From the IMG/VR virus record IMGVR_UViG_3300008448_000004, positions 32,001-96,000 of that record: DNA of 64,000 nucleotides; one strand, given 5' to 3'. Of this stretch, positions 62,675 through 64,000 are shown piece by piece. The notes under the pieces are model-generated. The model saw only the letters and a list, made by a program, of their open reading frames with translations. It did no database searches and was not told where the DNA came from. The stretch is from a virus. Within the stretch, counting starts at the first letter, position 1. Every line of letters begins with the position of its first letter. The translations under genes were made by a program, and so were the position numbers.

Positions 62675-63076
62675 TTATTGTATTTGTACTTTCTTAGGTG
62701 CTCTCTCTTCAGCAAAAGGAATAGTTAATGTTAATAATCCTTTCTCTAGCTTTGCTTCAATTTTGCCAAGATCAAATTTAGTAGCTATTTTCCAAGCTAG
62801 GTCAAAAGAGCTTTTTTTAATTCCTCTGTAAATAGCAGTTTTTTCGTCGTCGGGTTTTTTATACCTAATACGGAGAATATCTCCTTCAGTTAAAATTTCA
62901 ATTTCCTCTTTATCGAGGCCTACTGCTGCTACTTCAATTGCAATACCTGTCGGTGTTTCGTAGATGTCTGTGGGATGGGAAACTTTCTGGTTAATTCCAG
63001 AAAAGTGGTTTGAGTCTTTAAACAGATCCTTCCATAGAAGGTCGAATTCGTCCAGTGTGAATGGTTTAAACGTCAT
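62675..63076 (-). CDS. hsp20: Small heat-shock protein (Hsp20/alpha-crystallin)
   Basis: PTDIYET, IEVAAVG, LRI, A.LEKGLLTLTIP. Confidence 0.9.
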   Translation of the reverse strand: MTFKPFTLDEFDLLWKDLFKDSNHFSGINQKVSHPTDIYETPTGIAIEVAAVGLDKEEIEILTEGDILRIRYKKPDDEKTAIYRGIKKSSFDLAWKIATKFDLGKIEAKLEKGLLTLTIPFAEERAPKKVQIQ

Positions 63077-63155
63077 AGTTTTAAATTTGTGCTCCCCTTA
63101 GGTGAGCGAGTTAATAAATATGTAACCGAGACCTGTCAAGTATCTCTTGCTTATA

Positions 63156-63187
63156 TAAATATACGTAGTAAAAAAAAGAAAGCCAAC
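63156..63187 (-). promoter_or_regulatory. Bacteroidota sigma70-type promoter of the chaperone operon
   Basis: GTTG-N20-TATATTTA. Confidence 0.65.
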
Positions 63188-63191
63188 TTTT

Positions 63192-63809
63192 TTAGCGGCT
63201 TTTCAAATAGTTTGTAATCACTCCTCCGAGAACTGCTGCCTCTACTTCTAACTCTCCAATTTCACTTCGAGTTAACTCTCGTTTCTTTTTAGTGTATTCG
63301 ACTCCGAGAGTACCAATGAGTTTATTCTCAATACAGAAAATTGCAAATCCATAGTAGCTTTTACATCCGGTTTCATCAGCTAAGTATTTCATTCCGTAGT
63401 TTTCAGTATCAGGGTCTTTAAAATCTGGAACCGCTAAGTACCCTTTATCGTATACCTCGGCTGTTGTTTTTGCAAACAGAGAAACTGGTATATTCTGAAA
63501 CATCATCTTAGTAGGAGGGATATCTGGTGCTGTTACTTCGTAGAAGATAGAAAACTTCTGAATAGATTTACCTGTTGGTGCGTAGTGTCCTCCGTTATGA
63601 AATTGAGTAATCCAAACTCGATCAGCTTGGTACCTGTCTTTGATTTCTTCTATTTTATGATCAATCGCTCTAGAGAAATTAATCTCTTCAGCAACAGTGT
63701 CTTTTTTCTGAGATTGTCTTGCTTTTATCCACTGTACGGCTATTGGCCCAGCGACACCTGTTAAAAAAGCTCCTAAAATAGTTGCTACTACTTCTTGATT
63801 CCAAGTCAT
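63192..63809 (-). CDS. Single-TM protein with GAF-like soluble domain
   Basis: N-terminal TM, ADRVWITQFHNGG, KFSIFYEV, IGTLGVEY. Confidence 0.65.
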   Translation of the reverse strand: MTWNQEVVATILGAFLTGVAGPIAVQWIKARQSQKKDTVAEEINFSRAIDHKIEEIKDRYQADRVWITQFHNGGHYAPTGKSIQKFSIFYEVTAPDIPPTKMMFQNIPVSLFAKTTAEVYDKGYLAVPDFKDPDTENYGMKYLADETGCKSYYGFAIFCIENKLIGTLGVEYTKKKRELTRSEIGELEVEAAVLGGVITNYLKSR

Positions 63810-63865
63810 TATAAGTACGGGATTTACAGTTTTTAATACTAATAAATAGTATAATTTTTCCGTAT

Positions 63866-64000
63866 TTAAAAAGTACTCTGCTTTTCGAATAAACTTAAAG
63901 CTTTCTCATACTCTACGTTGTAAACCTTCTTATTTTTTTGACCTGATATGATTTCAAGTTCGCTACATAAAGCAAGGAATTCGTTAATATCCTTTAAAGT
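63866..64000 (-). CDS. Partial CDS (C-terminus; runs off window end)
   Basis: Open frame ..TLKDINEFLALCSELEIISGQKNKKVYNVEYEKALSLFEKQSTF*. Confidence 0.55.
   Translation of the reverse strand, partial: TLKDINEFLALCSELEIISGQKNKKVYNVEYEKALSLFEKQSTF

Noticed and set aside
1-64000. Alternative genetic code (stop-codon reassignment)
   Set aside because: Long conserved genes (polA, groEL, TonB receptor, thyA) are intact in code 11, TAG and TGA end genes at sensible places, and no suppressor tRNA was seen
1-64000. Bacterial chromosome or prophage origin (because of groEL, thyA, LPS-like genes, tmRNA)
   Set aside because: Near-uniform strand, many tiny hypothetical ORFs, T4-like RNA ligase, endolysin, a phage-type PolA without 5' exonuclease and no housekeeping operons point to a large phage. 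No integrase or att site was seen, though structural genes are also outside this window

Overview
This 64-kb window is AT-rich and gene-dense, and almost every gene is on the minus strand. It looks like part of a large ('jumbo/huge') tailed phage of a Bacteroidota host. The host call rests on repeated Bacteroidota-type promoters (GTTG-N20-TAnnTTTA), a TonB-receptor/lipoprotein pair and mostly SD-less leaders. No rRNA, integrase, CRISPR array or stop-codon recoding was seen. Layout: (1-19 kb) small early genes in promoter cassettes, plus thyA, a short ugd and an RNA ligase/kinase/phosphoesterase RNA-repair trio; (19-26 kb) lysis genes, a TonB-dependent receptor with lipoprotein, and a tmRNA; (30-54 kb) a glycosylation island with about 13 glycosyltransferase-like genes, Gmd, a ColD-type dehydratase, an Fcl/ColC-type reductase, an FkbM methyltransferase and a minimal TPP enzyme pair, with a family A DNA polymerase module nested inside; (54-60.4 kb) an RNA hub of 11 tRNA/tRNA-like genes, several structured RNA candidates and an ~870-nt GOLLD-like RNA candidate; (60.5-64 kb) groEL, groES and hsp20. 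Top candidate for an undescribed system: a 26-codon leader peptide with alternative terminator/antiterminator hairpins (59330-59468) in front of a HAD-domain gene and five tRNAs (Trp, Thr, Pro, Gln, Glu). The leader's codons (ACA..TGG-CAA-GAA-CCA) are the ones those tRNAs read, suggesting a tRNA-depletion-sensing attenuator for a tRNA-rescue operon. All calls were made by eye from motifs, with no database searches or folding programs run.
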